Shown one piece after another: positions 30,425-40,882 of a DNA stretch of 64,000 nt. The stretch lies in NCBI GenBank assembly GCA_003020925.1, contig PXRT01000005.1, forward strand, positions 4,052 to 68,051, written 5' to 3'. The stretch comes from Halobacteriales archaeon QS_6_64_34 (GTDB taxonomy: Archaea > Halobacteriota > Halobacteria > Halobacteriales > Haloarculaceae). The first letter of the stretch is position 1. Each line of letters opens with the position of its first letter. The position numbers and the translations under genes were made by a program. Under the pieces are notes generated by a model, which made no database searches, was not told the DNA's origin, and worked only from the letters and a program-made list of their open reading frames with translations.

Positions 30425-32692
30425 TCAGGCCTCCACGTCGGTCCGCCGGGACCGCAGGAACTGGAAGGTCACTGCCAGACCGAGCCCGTAGGCCCAGTGA
30501 GCGACGAAGACGAAGGCGAGGTAGCCGAGGAAGGCCAGCCCCTGCTGGTCGGTGTAGAACGCGACCGAGAAGCCGGTCGCCACCAGTGTCGCGAACACGA
30601 GCCCCGTCTCGAACATCCGTCTGCCGGGCAGGAACTCCTGGAAGGAGAGGAACAGGAGCGGCCAGGTGACGGTCCCGGCGACGAGGAACAGGGCAGCGCC
30701 GATGAGCGGACTCTCTCCGAGTCCGACCAGTTGGGCAATCTCGCCGAAGGCGGCCGGCTCGAGCACGCCGATGACGATGGCGGTGCCGATGCCGCCGGTC
30801 ATCAGGAACGTTCCGACGAAGCCGGCGATGGCCGCCATCGAAGCGTTCCGGTAGACGTTCTGGGCGACGCTGCCGACGCCGCCAAGCAGCCCCATCGGCT
30901 GGAGTTCGGGGGCGTAGGACCGCCGCGTGCTCTCGGGCTGGGACGGCTCCATGTCGTATTTCTCGACCATCCGGTCCTCGAACCACTGCCACTCACGGGT
31001 GAACTGGTTCGTCGCCTTCAGATTCCACGGGTCGGTCGTCTGGACCACGTCGCCGCGCCAGTACGACACCAGCATGTTGTAGAGCCACATCAGCGCGCTC
31101 AGCCCGATGACGTAGGCCCCGACGGTGGCTAGCTGCTGGGCGAGCTGGTACTCGGGCGGGTAGATGGCCTGCCGACGCGGCAGTCCGAGGCCGCCGATGA
31201 CCAGCAGAATCATGAACGTGACGAAGGCACCGACGATGAGCAGGCCCGACTGGAACTTCGCCAGCCGCCGGTCGTACCACCGGCCCGTCAGAATCGGGTA
31301 CCAGTAGTACGACGAGGCAATCATCAACATCGGGATGATGCCGACGACGATGAGGTGGAAGTGACCGACGACGTAGTAAGTGCCGTGATAGAGGATGTCG
31401 ATAGGGATGACCGCGAGGAAGACCCCTGTGACCCCGCCGAAGATGAAGGTCCCGATGCCGCCCGCACAGAGGATAAACGGCGCCGAGAGCTTGATGTCAC
31501 CGTCCCACATCGTCGTGAGCCAGTTGAACACCTTGATAGCGCTGGGGACGGCGATAGCGAGGGAGAGGGCCATGAAGGAGGCCTTCAGTCGCGGGTCGAC
31601 ACCGGAAGTGAACATGTGGTGGGCCCAGACGCCAAAGGACATCACGGCCAGTCCCAGCGTCGAGTAGACGATGAACTGGTAGCCAAACAGTTTGCGGCCG
31701 ACGAACTTCGGGAGGATGAGACTCATCAGCCCCGTCGCCGGCAGGAAGAGGATGTAGACTTCGGGGTGGCCCCAGAACCAGAACAGGTGTTGCCAGAGTA
31801 TCGGTCCACCGCCCTCCGTGGCGAAAAAGGTCGTCCCGAGGTTCCGGTCCATCAACAGCATGACGAGGGCACTGCCAAGCAGCGGGAACGCAAACAGCGC
31901 GATGGAACTGGTGACCAGCATGTTCCAGGAGAAGATGTCGAGATTGCCCCAGTTCACGCCATCGCCCCGTTCGTAGATGACCGTCGCGATGAAGTTGATG
32001 GCCCCGACCGTCGTCGCGATACCGCTCAGATGCAAGCCCAACAGGAGGAGGTCAATCTGTGGGTTGGGCTGGACGACGGAGAGGGGCGCATACAGCGTCC
32101 ACCCGACGCTGACCTCGCGCAACGACAGGAAGAAGGTAATCCGGTCCTCGGGCAGGAAGATGCTGAGGACCTGCCCGCCTATCTGGACGATGAGGCCAAA
32201 GCGGGCCATCAGCAGGGCGGGCGGGAGCAGCCAGAAGCCGATGGCGTTGACTCGCGGGAACGCCATGTCGTCGGCCCCGATGAGCAACGGGAGGAAGTAG
32301 TTCCCGATGCCGAAGAAGACGGGCAGGACGAAGAAGATGAGCATTGTCAGCCCGTGGGTCGTAAAGAGGGCGTTGTACGTCTCGGGCGTCCAGATGTCCG
32401 CCGGCGGCGTCAGCAACTCCGTGCGGAGCATCATCCCGTCCATCCCGCCCCAGAGAGCCGCGACGGTACCGAAGGCGATGTAGAGGAGACCGATTTCTCG
32501 GTGGTTCGTCGTCGTCAGCCAGCGCAGCGCCTCGTCCTGCAGGCGGCCCAGCTCGAACTGGAGCTCCTCGCGGGTGAAGTAGCCACCGTCACTGGCCGGT
32601 CTCGCTTTGTACCGGGCGCGAAACCAGAGGGTGAGGATACCCACCGCGAGAACTGCGAGCGCGGACCCTTCGACGACCGCTCTGTTCATCAT
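30425..32692 (-). CDS. coxA: Heme-copper oxidase subunit I (A1 type) fused to an extra C-terminal membrane domain (DUF6789-like)
   Basis: THGLTM, GHPEVY, WAHHMF, GHFH; extra domain ending HWAYG. Confidence 0.92.
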   Translation of the reverse strand: MMNRAVVEGSALAVLAVGILTLWFRARYKARPASDGGYFTREELQFELGRLQDEALRWLTTTNHREIGLLYIAFGTVAALWGGMDGMMLRTELLTPPADIWTPETYNALFTTHGLTMLIFFVLPVFFGIGNYFLPLLIGADDMAFPRVNAIGFWLLPPALLMARFGLIVQIGGQVLSIFLPEDRITFFLSLREVSVGWTLYAPLSVVQPNPQIDLLLLGLHLSGIATTVGAINFIATVIYERGDGVNWGNLDIFSWNMLVTSSIALFAFPLLGSALVMLLMDRNLGTTFFATEGGGPILWQHLFWFWGHPEVYILFLPATGLMSLILPKFVGRKLFGYQFIVYSTLGLAVMSFGVWAHHMFTSGVDPRLKASFMALSLAIAVPSAIKVFNWLTTMWDGDIKLSAPFILCAGGIGTFIFGGVTGVFLAVIPIDILYHGTYYVVGHFHLIVVGIIPMLMIASSYYWYPILTGRWYDRRLAKFQSGLLIVGAFVTFMILLVIGGLGLPRRQAIYPPEYQLAQQLATVGAYVIGLSALMWLYNMLVSYWRGDVVQTTDPWNLKATNQFTREWQWFEDRMVEKYDMEPSQPESTRRSYAPELQPMGLLGGVGSVAQNVYRNASMAAIAGFVGTFLMTGGIGTAIVIGVLEPAAFGEIAQLVGLGESPLIGAALFLVAGTVTWPLLFLSFQEFLPGRRMFETGLVFATLVATGFSVAFYTDQQGLAFLGYLAFVFVAHWAYGLGLAVTFQFLRSRRTDVEA

Positions 32693-32861
32693 CGGCGAGC
32701 CGTCGTGAGAGCCGTAGTAGTCAGCGTTTCGGTCGGTGAAAGCATTACCCGAGTCTCACGGAGCCATCGGCATAAAACCACGCGACGCCGGCCGCGTACG
32801 AAGCGGACGCCCGGCGCTAACTGACCAAGCTATATGATACCCCCGTCGTTAGTTGTGGCCA

Positions 32862-33623
32862 ATGCGTCCCAGTCGCGCCCTCTCCTGGCTCTGCGTGTTC
32901 ACCCTCGGTGCAGTGGTGTGCAGCACGCCGGCGGCCGCCCAGTCGGTGAACCGGGCGGCCATTAACGAGTTGAACGAACAGCTGATGTACGTCGCACTGC
33001 CGCTGACGCTGTTCGTCGAACTGATGCTCGTCTACGCCATCTATCGGTTCCACAACAACGACGACCCTAGACCGACCGTCGACGACCCCGCACTGGAGGT
33101 CACCTGGACCGCCGCGACGGGTGCCATCCTCGTGTTCGTCGGCATCTCCGGCTTTTTCGTCCTGGCGAACCCCTACATCTCGCCAGCCTCGGCCGACTCG
33201 ACTGTCGAGGCGGGTGAAGGGATTGAAATCGACGTGCTGACCTACCAGTGGGGGTACGAATTTAGCTACGGCGACACGGGTGTCACCACCAGCGAGACGC
33301 TCTATCTCAGGAACGACACGGACGTCAGGTTCACGTTGCGGTCGACGGACGTGATACACTCCTTTTACATACCGGAACTGGGGCTGAAACAGGACATCTT
33401 CCCGAGCCAGGAGACGGTCGCACGGACCCACCCGACCGAGAACGGCACCCACCGGCTCTACTGTGCGGAGCTGTGTGGCTCGGGCCACGCTCGGATGCAG
33501 GCCCCGGTCGTCGTGCTGAACCAGTCCGAGTACGATGACTGGCTCGGGGAGCAACAGGAAGCCGGGACGAACAGTATGTCGACGCCCGACGCGAACGCGA
33601 CCGCAGGCGCGAACACCAATTGA
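32862..33623 (+). CDS. coxB: Cytochrome c oxidase subunit II
   Basis: LEVTWT, YQWGY, DVIHSF, CuA motif CAELCGSGHARM. Confidence 0.93.
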   Translation: MRPSRALSWLCVFTLGAVVCSTPAAAQSVNRAAINELNEQLMYVALPLTLFVELMLVYAIYRFHNNDDPRPTVDDPALEVTWTAATGAILVFVGISGFFVLANPYISPASADSTVEAGEGIEIDVLTYQWGYEFSYGDTGVTTSETLYLRNDTDVRFTLRSTDVIHSFYIPELGLKQDIFPSQETVARTHPTENGTHRLYCAELCGSGHARMQAPVVVLNQSEYDDWLGEQQEAGTNSMSTPDANATAGANTN

Positions 33624-33651
33624 TTTTATCGGGCACCGCTAACCCGCCCTC

Positions 33652-34209
33652 ATGTCAGACGTACGCGAGCGAGTGCCCGCACTCACCGGCCTGTTGACGG
33701 CCGTGTCGCTGGCGCTGGTGTTCGGTGCCGTCGGCGGCGCGATTCCGAGCACCGCGCTTCCCCGCGCCCCCGAATCAGTCATCGAAGCTATCCCGACGGT
33801 CAACGCCGTCATCAGCGCCGCCGCCATCGGGACCATCGTCGCCGGCGTCCGGGCGATTCGCCGGGGGAACGTCGAGCGCCACCGACGGCTGATGGTCACC
33901 ACCTTCGGCCTGTTCGTAGCGTTTCTCGTCCTCTATCTCTACCGCGTGACACTCGTTGGCCCGACAGAGTTTGGCGGCCCGGCCGCCGTCGAGACGTACG
34001 TCTACTTCCCGCTGCTCGCGGTGCATATCCTCCTTGCCATCGTCGCTATCCCCGCCGTCTACTACACGCTCCTGCTGGCAGTGAGCCACCCCGTCTCGGA
34101 ACTCCGCGAGACGAACCACCCGCGAGCGGGGAAGGTAGCCGCGACGCTGTGGCTGGTGTCGTTCACGCTCGGTATCGTCGTCTACGCGATGTTGTATCTC
34201 CTGTGGTGA
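33652..34209 (+). CDS. DUF420 family membrane protein
   Basis: HRRLM, AVHILLA, HPRAGK, WLVS..LGIVVY. Confidence 0.85.
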   Translation: MSDVRERVPALTGLLTAVSLALVFGAVGGAIPSTALPRAPESVIEAIPTVNAVISAAAIGTIVAGVRAIRRGNVERHRRLMVTTFGLFVAFLVLYLYRVTLVGPTEFGGPAAVETYVYFPLLAVHILLAIVAIPAVYYTLLLAVSHPVSELRETNHPRAGKVAATLWLVSFTLGIVVYAMLYLLW

Positions 34210-34242
34210 GCGAGCGGAGAGAAACGACCGTTTGGACCCTCG

Positions 34243-35685
34243 CTAGTCGTCTGCGGGACTTGGCTGCCCACTAATCTCGGGCCGGTGGACGTCGCGGTCG
34301 GTCTCCTCGCCCTCGATGTCGTAGGGGTACTCGCCGGTGACACAGCCGAGACAGAGGTCGGCCCGGCTGGAATCCAGCGTCGCGGCGATGGCGTCGATGG
34401 AGAGATACGACAGCGAGTCGGCGCCGATTTCCTCGCAAATCTCCTCGACGGGCTGGTCACCCGCGATGAGTTCGTCGCGGGAGGCCATGTCGATGCCCAT
34501 GTAACAGGGGGCGATGATGGGCGGGGCGCCGATGCGGACGTTGACCTCCTCGGCACCGGCGTCCTTGAGTAGCTGGACGAGCTGGTTCGAGGTCGTCCCG
34601 CGGACGATGGAGTCGTCGATGATGGTGACTTTCTTCCCCTCGATGGTCGACCTGATAGGGTTGAGTTTCAGCCGGACGGCGCGTTCGCGCTCGTCCTGTG
34701 TCGGCATGATAAAGGTTCGACCGACGTACCGGTTTTTCATCAGCCCCTCGGCGAACTCGATATCGGAGCCGTCGTCCTGTGCGGCCTCCGCGTAGCCAGA
34801 GGCGAAGGCGCGCCCGGAGTCGGGCACCGGGAGGACGACGTCGGATTCGACGCCCGATTCCTCCCAGAGCTTGCGGCCCAGTTCCCGCCGGACCTCGTAG
34901 ACGAGGTTGCCGTCGATGGTGGAGTCCGGGCGAGCGAAGTAGACGTGTTCGAAAAAGCAGTGGGCCGTGTTCTCCTGTTCGATGAGCTGGTAGGTGTCAT
35001 AGCCGGTGCCGTCGTCGTGGAGCACGACGAGTTCCCCGGGGCGGACGTCCCGGATGAGTTCCCCGTCGAGCGTGTCGATGGCCGCCGACTCCGACGTGAT
35101 GACGTAGCCGTCTTCCAGTTCGCCGATGACGAGCGGGCGGTTACCCTGCGGGTCCCGGACGCCCATCACGGTCTCGTCGTGCATGATGGTCAGCGAATAG
35201 GAGCCGTGGATTCGCTCCATCGTCCGCTTGACAGCGCGGACGAGGTCTTCCTCCAGCAGATTGCGGGCGAGGTCGTGAGCGATGACCTCGGTGTCGCCGT
35301 CGGAGGTAAAGGCGTGGCCCAGGTCGGCCAGCTCGTCGCCGATTTCGTCGGCGTTGACGAGGTTGCCGTTGTGGGAGAGCCCGAGTGACCCCGATTTGAA
35401 CGAGACCGAAAACGGTTGGGCACAGCAGGTGTTGACGCTGCCGGCCGTCGGGTACCTGACGTGACCGATGCCGTTCGAGCCGTTTAGCGATTCGAGGTCA
35501 CCGGGGGCGAAGGCGTCGCCGACCAGCCCCATTTCGACGTGGCTGTGCTGCTGGAAGCCGTCGTGGGTGACGATACCGGCTGACTCCTGACCGCGATGCT
35601 GGAGAGCGTACAGAGAGTAGTAGAGCGGGCGGGCGGCGTCTCGGTCTTCGAGTGCGATGCCAACAACGCCGCACTTCTCGTGCAT
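34243..35685 (-). CDS. purF: Amidophosphoribosyltransferase
   Basis: EKCGV, QHRGQE, DDSIVRGTT. Confidence 0.95.
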   Translation of the reverse strand: MHEKCGVVGIALEDRDAARPLYYSLYALQHRGQESAGIVTHDGFQQHSHVEMGLVGDAFAPGDLESLNGSNGIGHVRYPTAGSVNTCCAQPFSVSFKSGSLGLSHNGNLVNADEIGDELADLGHAFTSDGDTEVIAHDLARNLLEEDLVRAVKRTMERIHGSYSLTIMHDETVMGVRDPQGNRPLVIGELEDGYVITSESAAIDTLDGELIRDVRPGELVVLHDDGTGYDTYQLIEQENTAHCFFEHVYFARPDSTIDGNLVYEVRRELGRKLWEESGVESDVVLPVPDSGRAFASGYAEAAQDDGSDIEFAEGLMKNRYVGRTFIMPTQDERERAVRLKLNPIRSTIEGKKVTIIDDSIVRGTTSNQLVQLLKDAGAEEVNVRIGAPPIIAPCYMGIDMASRDELIAGDQPVEEICEEIGADSLSYLSIDAIAATLDSSRADLCLGCVTGEYPYDIEGEETDRDVHRPEISGQPSPADD

Positions 35686-35694
35686 GGTGATGGG

Positions 35695-35868
35695 TTATTC
35701 GCCGGCTTTCGACTGCCACTCGTAGTCACGTCGTTTCGCCGATTTGCCGAAGCCACACGACGAGCAGACCTTCTTTTTGGTGTGATACGATTTGCTTCCA
35801 CACCGGCGACATTTCGTGTGTGTCGTGGTGTTTTTCTTGCCCTGGCTCGGGGTTCCTGCACCAGTCAT
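35695..35868 (-). CDS. rpl37e: 50S ribosomal protein L37e (not in ORF track)
   Basis: [24 protein letters not shown]...CSSCGFG. Confidence 0.95.
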   Translation of the reverse strand: MTGAGTPSQGKKNTTTHTKCRRCGSKSYHTKKKVCSSCGFGKSAKRRDYEWQSKAGE

Positions 35869-36047
35869 GGGTTGATTGATACGACGTTATCGCCGCGTAT
35901 AATCGTTGTGTCTTCGTCTTCGATTACGAGATTCATGTGTTGGTCGTAGCCGGTCAGCTCGCCCTCGAAAACCTCGCCGTCCTTGAGCTGTACGGTGACG
36001 GCTTCGCCGAGTGACGCTTCGAGTACGTCCAGCGGTCGTCCACTCAT
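35865..36047 (-). CDS. lsm: Lsm (SmAP) protein
   Basis: [21 protein letters not shown]; overlaps the rpl37e start. Confidence 0.95.
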   Translation of the reverse strand: MSGRPLDVLEASLGEAVTVQLKDGEVFEGELTGYDQHMNLVIEDEDTTIIRGDNVVSINP

Positions 36048-36121
36048 GTAGGATTGGCATCGTGACGGGCGCTTAAACGTACCGCTTGGCGACCGGAATT
36101 GGTCACTCGTCGAACAGGCCG

Positions 36122-37186
36122 CTACGCCGGCCCGCTGTCGACACTGTTGCCCCCGACGAGTTCCGGCAGCACCAGCCGGGCGAAGTGATAGATAACCACG
36201 AGCAGGAACGGCCCGAGGAACAGGCCGTACCAGCCAAACAGCAGCGGGCCGATAACGTACGCTATCATGACGAGCCCGACGTGGAGGTTCCGCCCGGAGA
36301 CATATGGCCTGAGCACGAGGTCGGGGATGAAATCGATGAAGAGGACGGTGGCGACGATGAAGACCACCGGGAACCACAGCGGGTCCCCGCCCAGAATCGC
36401 TCGCGCGAACAGCCCGATAGCGAGCGGGACGTAGACGAGTTTCATCCCGACGACGGGGATGAGGCTCGCGGCACCGGCCAGGACGGCCAGCAGCGCGGGG
36501 TAGGGGATGCCGTCGGCCGGCGAGAGTGCGTTGAGGGTGATGTAGACGAACGCGGCGACGATGATGATGGCGAAGGCGTTGAGGATGTTGCCGAAGTAGA
36601 CGCTCCCGAGGTCCTCATCGACCACTTCGAGGTAGTCGCTCAGGAACCCCTCCTGGTCGTGAAACGTCCGTCGGACCCAGTCGCTCAGCCGGGGGCCATC
36701 ACGGAGCAGGTAGAACGCGACGGCGAGGGCCAGAAAGAGGTGGATGAGCGCGGTGCCGATGATTGGAACGTACCCCAGCGCCCCCTCTACGATGAGCTGG
36801 CCTGCGTTGACGATATCCGGATTCTGCAGCAGCGTCTGTGGGTTCTGGAACGTCCCGGAGACGTCCAGGTACGGCCCGAGCTGGTCAGTCAGTGGGCCGA
36901 GGTCGACGGTCTCCTGGAGCTGTGCAAGCTCCTGGGCCGCGATGGCGAGGGTGTACCCCACGAGCAGGACCACCGGCACGGCGAGTGCGAGCAGGGCCGT
37001 CGCGGCCGCGACGTTGGGCCCGAACTTCTTTCTGAACCGCCGGTAGGCCGGGCGTGCCACGTAGTAGAGAAACAGTCCGAGAATGAACGTCCCGATGTAC
37101 ACGAACAGTATCCAGGCGGTGATAGCACCCAACACGGCGGCCACTAACCACCACGCGACCCGGCTTCTGGAGTCGGGCCACTCCAT
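36122..37186 (-). CDS. AI-2E family transporter
   Basis: FYLLRDG, LIPVVG, LRPY, GLFLGP. Confidence 0.88.
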   Translation of the reverse strand: MEWPDSRSRVAWWLVAAVLGAITAWILFVYIGTFILGLFLYYVARPAYRRFRKKFGPNVAAATALLALAVPVVLLVGYTLAIAAQELAQLQETVDLGPLTDQLGPYLDVSGTFQNPQTLLQNPDIVNAGQLIVEGALGYVPIIGTALIHLFLALAVAFYLLRDGPRLSDWVRRTFHDQEGFLSDYLEVVDEDLGSVYFGNILNAFAIIIVAAFVYITLNALSPADGIPYPALLAVLAGAASLIPVVGMKLVYVPLAIGLFARAILGGDPLWFPVVFIVATVLFIDFIPDLVLRPYVSGRNLHVGLVMIAYVIGPLLFGWYGLFLGPFLLVVIYHFARLVLPELVGGNSVDSGPA

Positions 37187-37329
37187 ACTATCGGCGGTGC
37201 CCCCGATTGGGCGAGTTCGGGCACACGATAGGCTGACCGTGAGAGGAGCGCATACCGCACCTATCGGCTCCAATCGGTTGGTTAGACGGCGGTTATCGGG
37301 GGGCGGCTGTGGTAAGGTCGGACTGTGGA

Positions 37330-38388
37330 CTATACGCCGACGGCGAACGGTGCGTGGTCGTCTACACTGGCGGCAAAGCCGGCCAGCAGGTCCGCCAGGG
37401 CGTCGAGGTCGCCCTCGTCGATGACCTCGACCGGCGTATGCATGTACCGGTTCGGAAGGCCGACGTTGACTGACGGAACACCCCCACGGGATGTGTAGAA
37501 CGCGTCGGCGTCGGTGCCCGTCCGGATGCCGGTCGCCTGTAGCTGTACGTCGATGTCGTCGTCCTCGCCGGTCGCCCGCAGCGCCTCGACGACCACCGGA
37601 TGGTTGGTGCTGCCCCGTGAAACCACCGGGCCCTCGCCCAGTTCCACGCCGGTCGAGCGCTTGCCCGGGGAGTCCGGCGAGTCCGTCGCGTGGGTCACGT
37701 CGGCGGCGATTGCCACGTCCGGGTCGAGGTCGAAACCGACCATCTTCGCCCCCTGGAGGCCGACCTCCTCCTGGACGGTGGAGACGGCATGGACCGTGGC
37801 CTCGACGCCGTTTTCGGCGGCCCGGCGAAGCGCCTCGGCAGCCGCCCAGATGCCGATGCGGTTGTCCATTCCGCGGGCCGAGAGCCGCCCGTTCTCGAGT
37901 TCCGTGACGGTCTGCTGGAACGTGATTGGGTCGCCCCGGTCGACCGAGTCGGCGAGTTCGTCGCCGTCGGTCGCGCCCACGTCGACGTGTTGCTCCGAGA
38001 CGTCCGGGACGCCGTCGTCGTCGCCCTCCCGTAGGTGGATTGCGGTCTGACCGACGACGCCGGCGACGGGGCCGTCGGCGGTGTGAATCGTGACGTGCTG
38101 GCCCCGGGAGACGGTCTTGTCAGAGCCGCCGATACGACCTATGCGGACGAAGCCGTCGTCGGTCAGGTCGCGCACGATGAAGCCGATTTCGTCGCCGTGG
38201 CCGGCCAGCGCGACGTCGGTGTCGTTCCCCGAGAGCGTCGCGACGGCGTTGCCGTAGTCGTCGGTGCGGACCTCGTCTGCGAACTCGCCCACGTAGTCGA
38301 CCCACACCCGCTGGCTGTTCGCTTCGTAGCCGGACGGGCCGGGCGTCGAGAGCAACTCCTCCAGGAACTGTCGTCGTCGGTCGTCCAT
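37330..38388 (-). CDS. M42 family metallopeptidase
   Basis: GHGDEIG, MDNR, QEEVG, YMHTP. Confidence 0.92.
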   Translation of the reverse strand: MDDRRRQFLEELLSTPGPSGYEANSQRVWVDYVGEFADEVRTDDYGNAVATLSGNDTDVALAGHGDEIGFIVRDLTDDGFVRIGRIGGSDKTVSRGQHVTIHTADGPVAGVVGQTAIHLREGDDDGVPDVSEQHVDVGATDGDELADSVDRGDPITFQQTVTELENGRLSARGMDNRIGIWAAAEALRRAAENGVEATVHAVSTVQEEVGLQGAKMVGFDLDPDVAIAADVTHATDSPDSPGKRSTGVELGEGPVVSRGSTNHPVVVEALRATGEDDDIDVQLQATGIRTGTDADAFYTSRGGVPSVNVGLPNRYMHTPVEVIDEGDLDALADLLAGFAASVDDHAPFAVGV

Positions 38389-38490
38389 ACCCCGCTTTGG
38401 CCATCGTCCGTCATGAATAGCCGGGGTTATATAACTGTTACAGAATACAGTACCTATAAGTAGTTACCAGTAGTAAACAGTAACATCAAG

Positions 38491-39117
38491 ATGTCGCGGT
38501 CGTACTCGATTGGCGAGTTCGCGGATGAACTCGGTGTTCACGTCCAGACCATCAAACGCTGGTGTCGCAACGACAATCTCGATTATACCCGAACACCAGG
38601 TGGTGAACGACGGATTCCAAACCGAGAACTCCGCCGACTCGCGGGCGACACTCGGCCAACAGATCGTGTTGCTCTCTACGGTCGTGTGTCCAGTCACGGT
38701 CAGAAAGACAACGGCGACCTTGACCGCCAACTTGACCGACTCACAAACTATGCTCACGATCATGGCTGGAGCGTCGAAAACACTTACACGGACGTTGGCA
38801 GTGGTCTGAACGAAGACCGCCGTGGTCTCGACTCACTCCTTGATGATGTGCAAGAAGCCGACTACGGACGCATTCTCGTCACCTACGAGGACAGACTCAC
38901 CCGCTTTGGATTCTCGTATCTTGAACGGTATTTCGACTGCTACGGTGTCACCATCACCGTCATCGAAGACGAGACGGACAAATCAGCACAGGAAGAACTC
39001 GTTGATGACCTCATCAAGCTCGTCGCCAGTTTCAGCGGTAAACTCTATGGCATGCGCTCCTCGAAAAAACAACAGGTCATCAACACCGTCGAATCAGAGG
39101 TGAAACCCGATGAGTGA
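38491..39117 (+). CDS. tnpA: IS607 serine-recombinase transposase
   Basis: N-terminal MerR-like HTH, YGRVSS, DRLTRFGF, ELVDDL..FSGKLYG. Confidence 0.93.
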   Translation: MSRSYSIGEFADELGVHVQTIKRWCRNDNLDYTRTPGGERRIPNRELRRLAGDTRPTDRVALYGRVSSHGQKDNGDLDRQLDRLTNYAHDHGWSVENTYTDVGSGLNEDRRGLDSLLDDVQEADYGRILVTYEDRLTRFGFSYLERYFDCYGVTITVIEDETDKSAQEELVDDLIKLVASFSGKLYGMRSSKKQQVINTVESEVKPDE

Positions 39118-40882
39118 CCACCTCTCGCTTCCTATCCGTTTGCCAGACGAGGACAAAAAACGATTCGAGCGACTGGCAACACTCTCCCGTCGTGTCGCCA
39201 ACCACGCCCTTGAAGACCACTGGACGCCAGTCCATCTGGACGGCATTGCCGACGCATCGCATCAGGCGTGGAAGCACTTCGATGAACACGAACCGTTCGA
39301 GCAACTTGACCTGTACCTGCCCTCTCGGTTTCGGCGCTGTGTCTTGCAGAAAGTCGGTGAAACCCTCCGCAGTCACGCCGACCGCCGAGACGCCTTTCAG
39401 TCCATCCAGAGCATGTTGCCCAACCACAAAATCCGACGTATTCACCGCCGTCGTATCAAAGAACGACTCTGGAGCGACGGCGACTATCTCTCATCGGGTT
39501 ACGTGGATATTCTCATCGACCAACTCAACAGCTACTACGACCGCCACGGCACGTATCCAGACACGTATTTCGAGATGCAAGACTGTCCCGAGTATGAAAG
39601 CGGTGTACTGCCGTTCTCTGCTGACGACGGGCCAACCAGCGGGCAAGCCGTCAACTACCAGTACGACGGCGATAGCGAGACGCTGACCATCCGACTCAAG
39701 ACGCCAGACAGACTTTCACCGGAGACACGGGGCGATTGGTCGTGGACAGAATACGAGCGTAGCGGCTATGAATCGTTTCACGACCTACTTTCCCACGGTG
39801 ATCTCTCAGCTCCCGAGTTCCAACCCTCCCGTCGCAAAAGTGGTGATACCTACTACGAACTGTCGTTCCCCGTCGAAGTCGAACACGCAGAGGGGACTGA
39901 CGGCACCGGCCGCGTACTGGCACTTGACGCCGGAATGCGGAAGGAGATGACTGCTGTGGTGGTGACTGACGATGGCGAGCAACTATCCACACCACATTTC
40001 ATCCAGTTCACCGAACGTGACGGGATGCGACGACTCCACCGCGAACGTACCCGCCTGAACGACCGCCTTGCCGCGTTGCGCCGTGACGGGCGCGCCCATA
40101 CTGACGAGTTCGCCCACATCCACAGTGAGTACGAGCGAGCGAACAGCAAACTCCAGCACAAGCGCGAGCAATTAACACACGACGTAGCCAACCAAGTCCT
40201 CGCACTCGCACTCCTGTACGACGTAGACGCCATCGTTCACGAGGATTTGCGGTCACTTTCACCACCGCGTGGCGAAGGCACGTTGTCGTGGGAGTTGTCA
40301 TCGTGGGCACGACGGGACATCATCGAGAACATCGAATATCGGGCAGAAAGTGCTGGTGTCGCTGTCGAGCGAGTGTACCCGAAGGGGACGAGTCGGTCGT
40401 GTCCCCGGTGTGGTTCGACCGGCCATACCTGCAAGTCACCCGATCATCACCACGAACAGTGGTGGGGCGGGCACTTCCGGTGTGACAATGTCCGGTGTGG
40501 GTTCGAGGGCGACCGCGACTACATCGGGGCGCTGAACGTGGCTCGCGTATTCTTTAGCGAGACGGACGAGCTAGACTACGGTTTCACGTCCTCCTACACG
40601 GGGGATTCTGAAATCGTGCTAGCTCGCCGTTCCGCTGGTGAGCGAAGCGTCGCTTCGCGATCCACGTCAGAACTCGCTTCTGACGCTGGCACGCGGCTCA
40701 CGTTTGGAACTGGCATCGTCGCCTACAAACCAGAACAGGCAGCGGCGACCACTGGTGGTGGGTCGGCTGTCATAGCGCCCGCTGTCGCCGTGCCCGAGTC
40801 GAATGCGGATGGTAGTGATGGACGTGGCCCAGTCGTCCAGCAGTGTACCCGTTTCTTACGGCATACTACTGAAAGCTACTGA
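39110..40882 (+). CDS. tnpB: RNA-guided endonuclease TnpB (590 aa)
   Basis: RuvC I LALDAG, RuvC II VHEDL, Zn finger CPRC/CDNVRC, RuvC III DRDYIGALNV. Confidence 0.9.
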   Translation: MSDHLSLPIRLPDEDKKRFERLATLSRRVANHALEDHWTPVHLDGIADASHQAWKHFDEHEPFEQLDLYLPSRFRRCVLQKVGETLRSHADRRDAFQSIQSMLPNHKIRRIHRRRIKERLWSDGDYLSSGYVDILIDQLNSYYDRHGTYPDTYFEMQDCPEYESGVLPFSADDGPTSGQAVNYQYDGDSETLTIRLKTPDRLSPETRGDWSWTEYERSGYESFHDLLSHGDLSAPEFQPSRRKSGDTYYELSFPVEVEHAEGTDGTGRVLALDAGMRKEMTAVVVTDDGEQLSTPHFIQFTERDGMRRLHRERTRLNDRLAALRRDGRAHTDEFAHIHSEYERANSKLQHKREQLTHDVANQVLALALLYDVDAIVHEDLRSLSPPRGEGTLSWELSSWARRDIIENIEYRAESAGVAVERVYPKGTSRSCPRCGSTGHTCKSPDHHHEQWWGGHFRCDNVRCGFEGDRDYIGALNVARVFFSETDELDYGFTSSYTGDSEIVLARRSAGERSVASRSTSELASDAGTRLTFGTGIVAYKPEQAAATTGGGSAVIAPAVAVPESNADGSDGRGPVVQQCTRFLRHTTESY

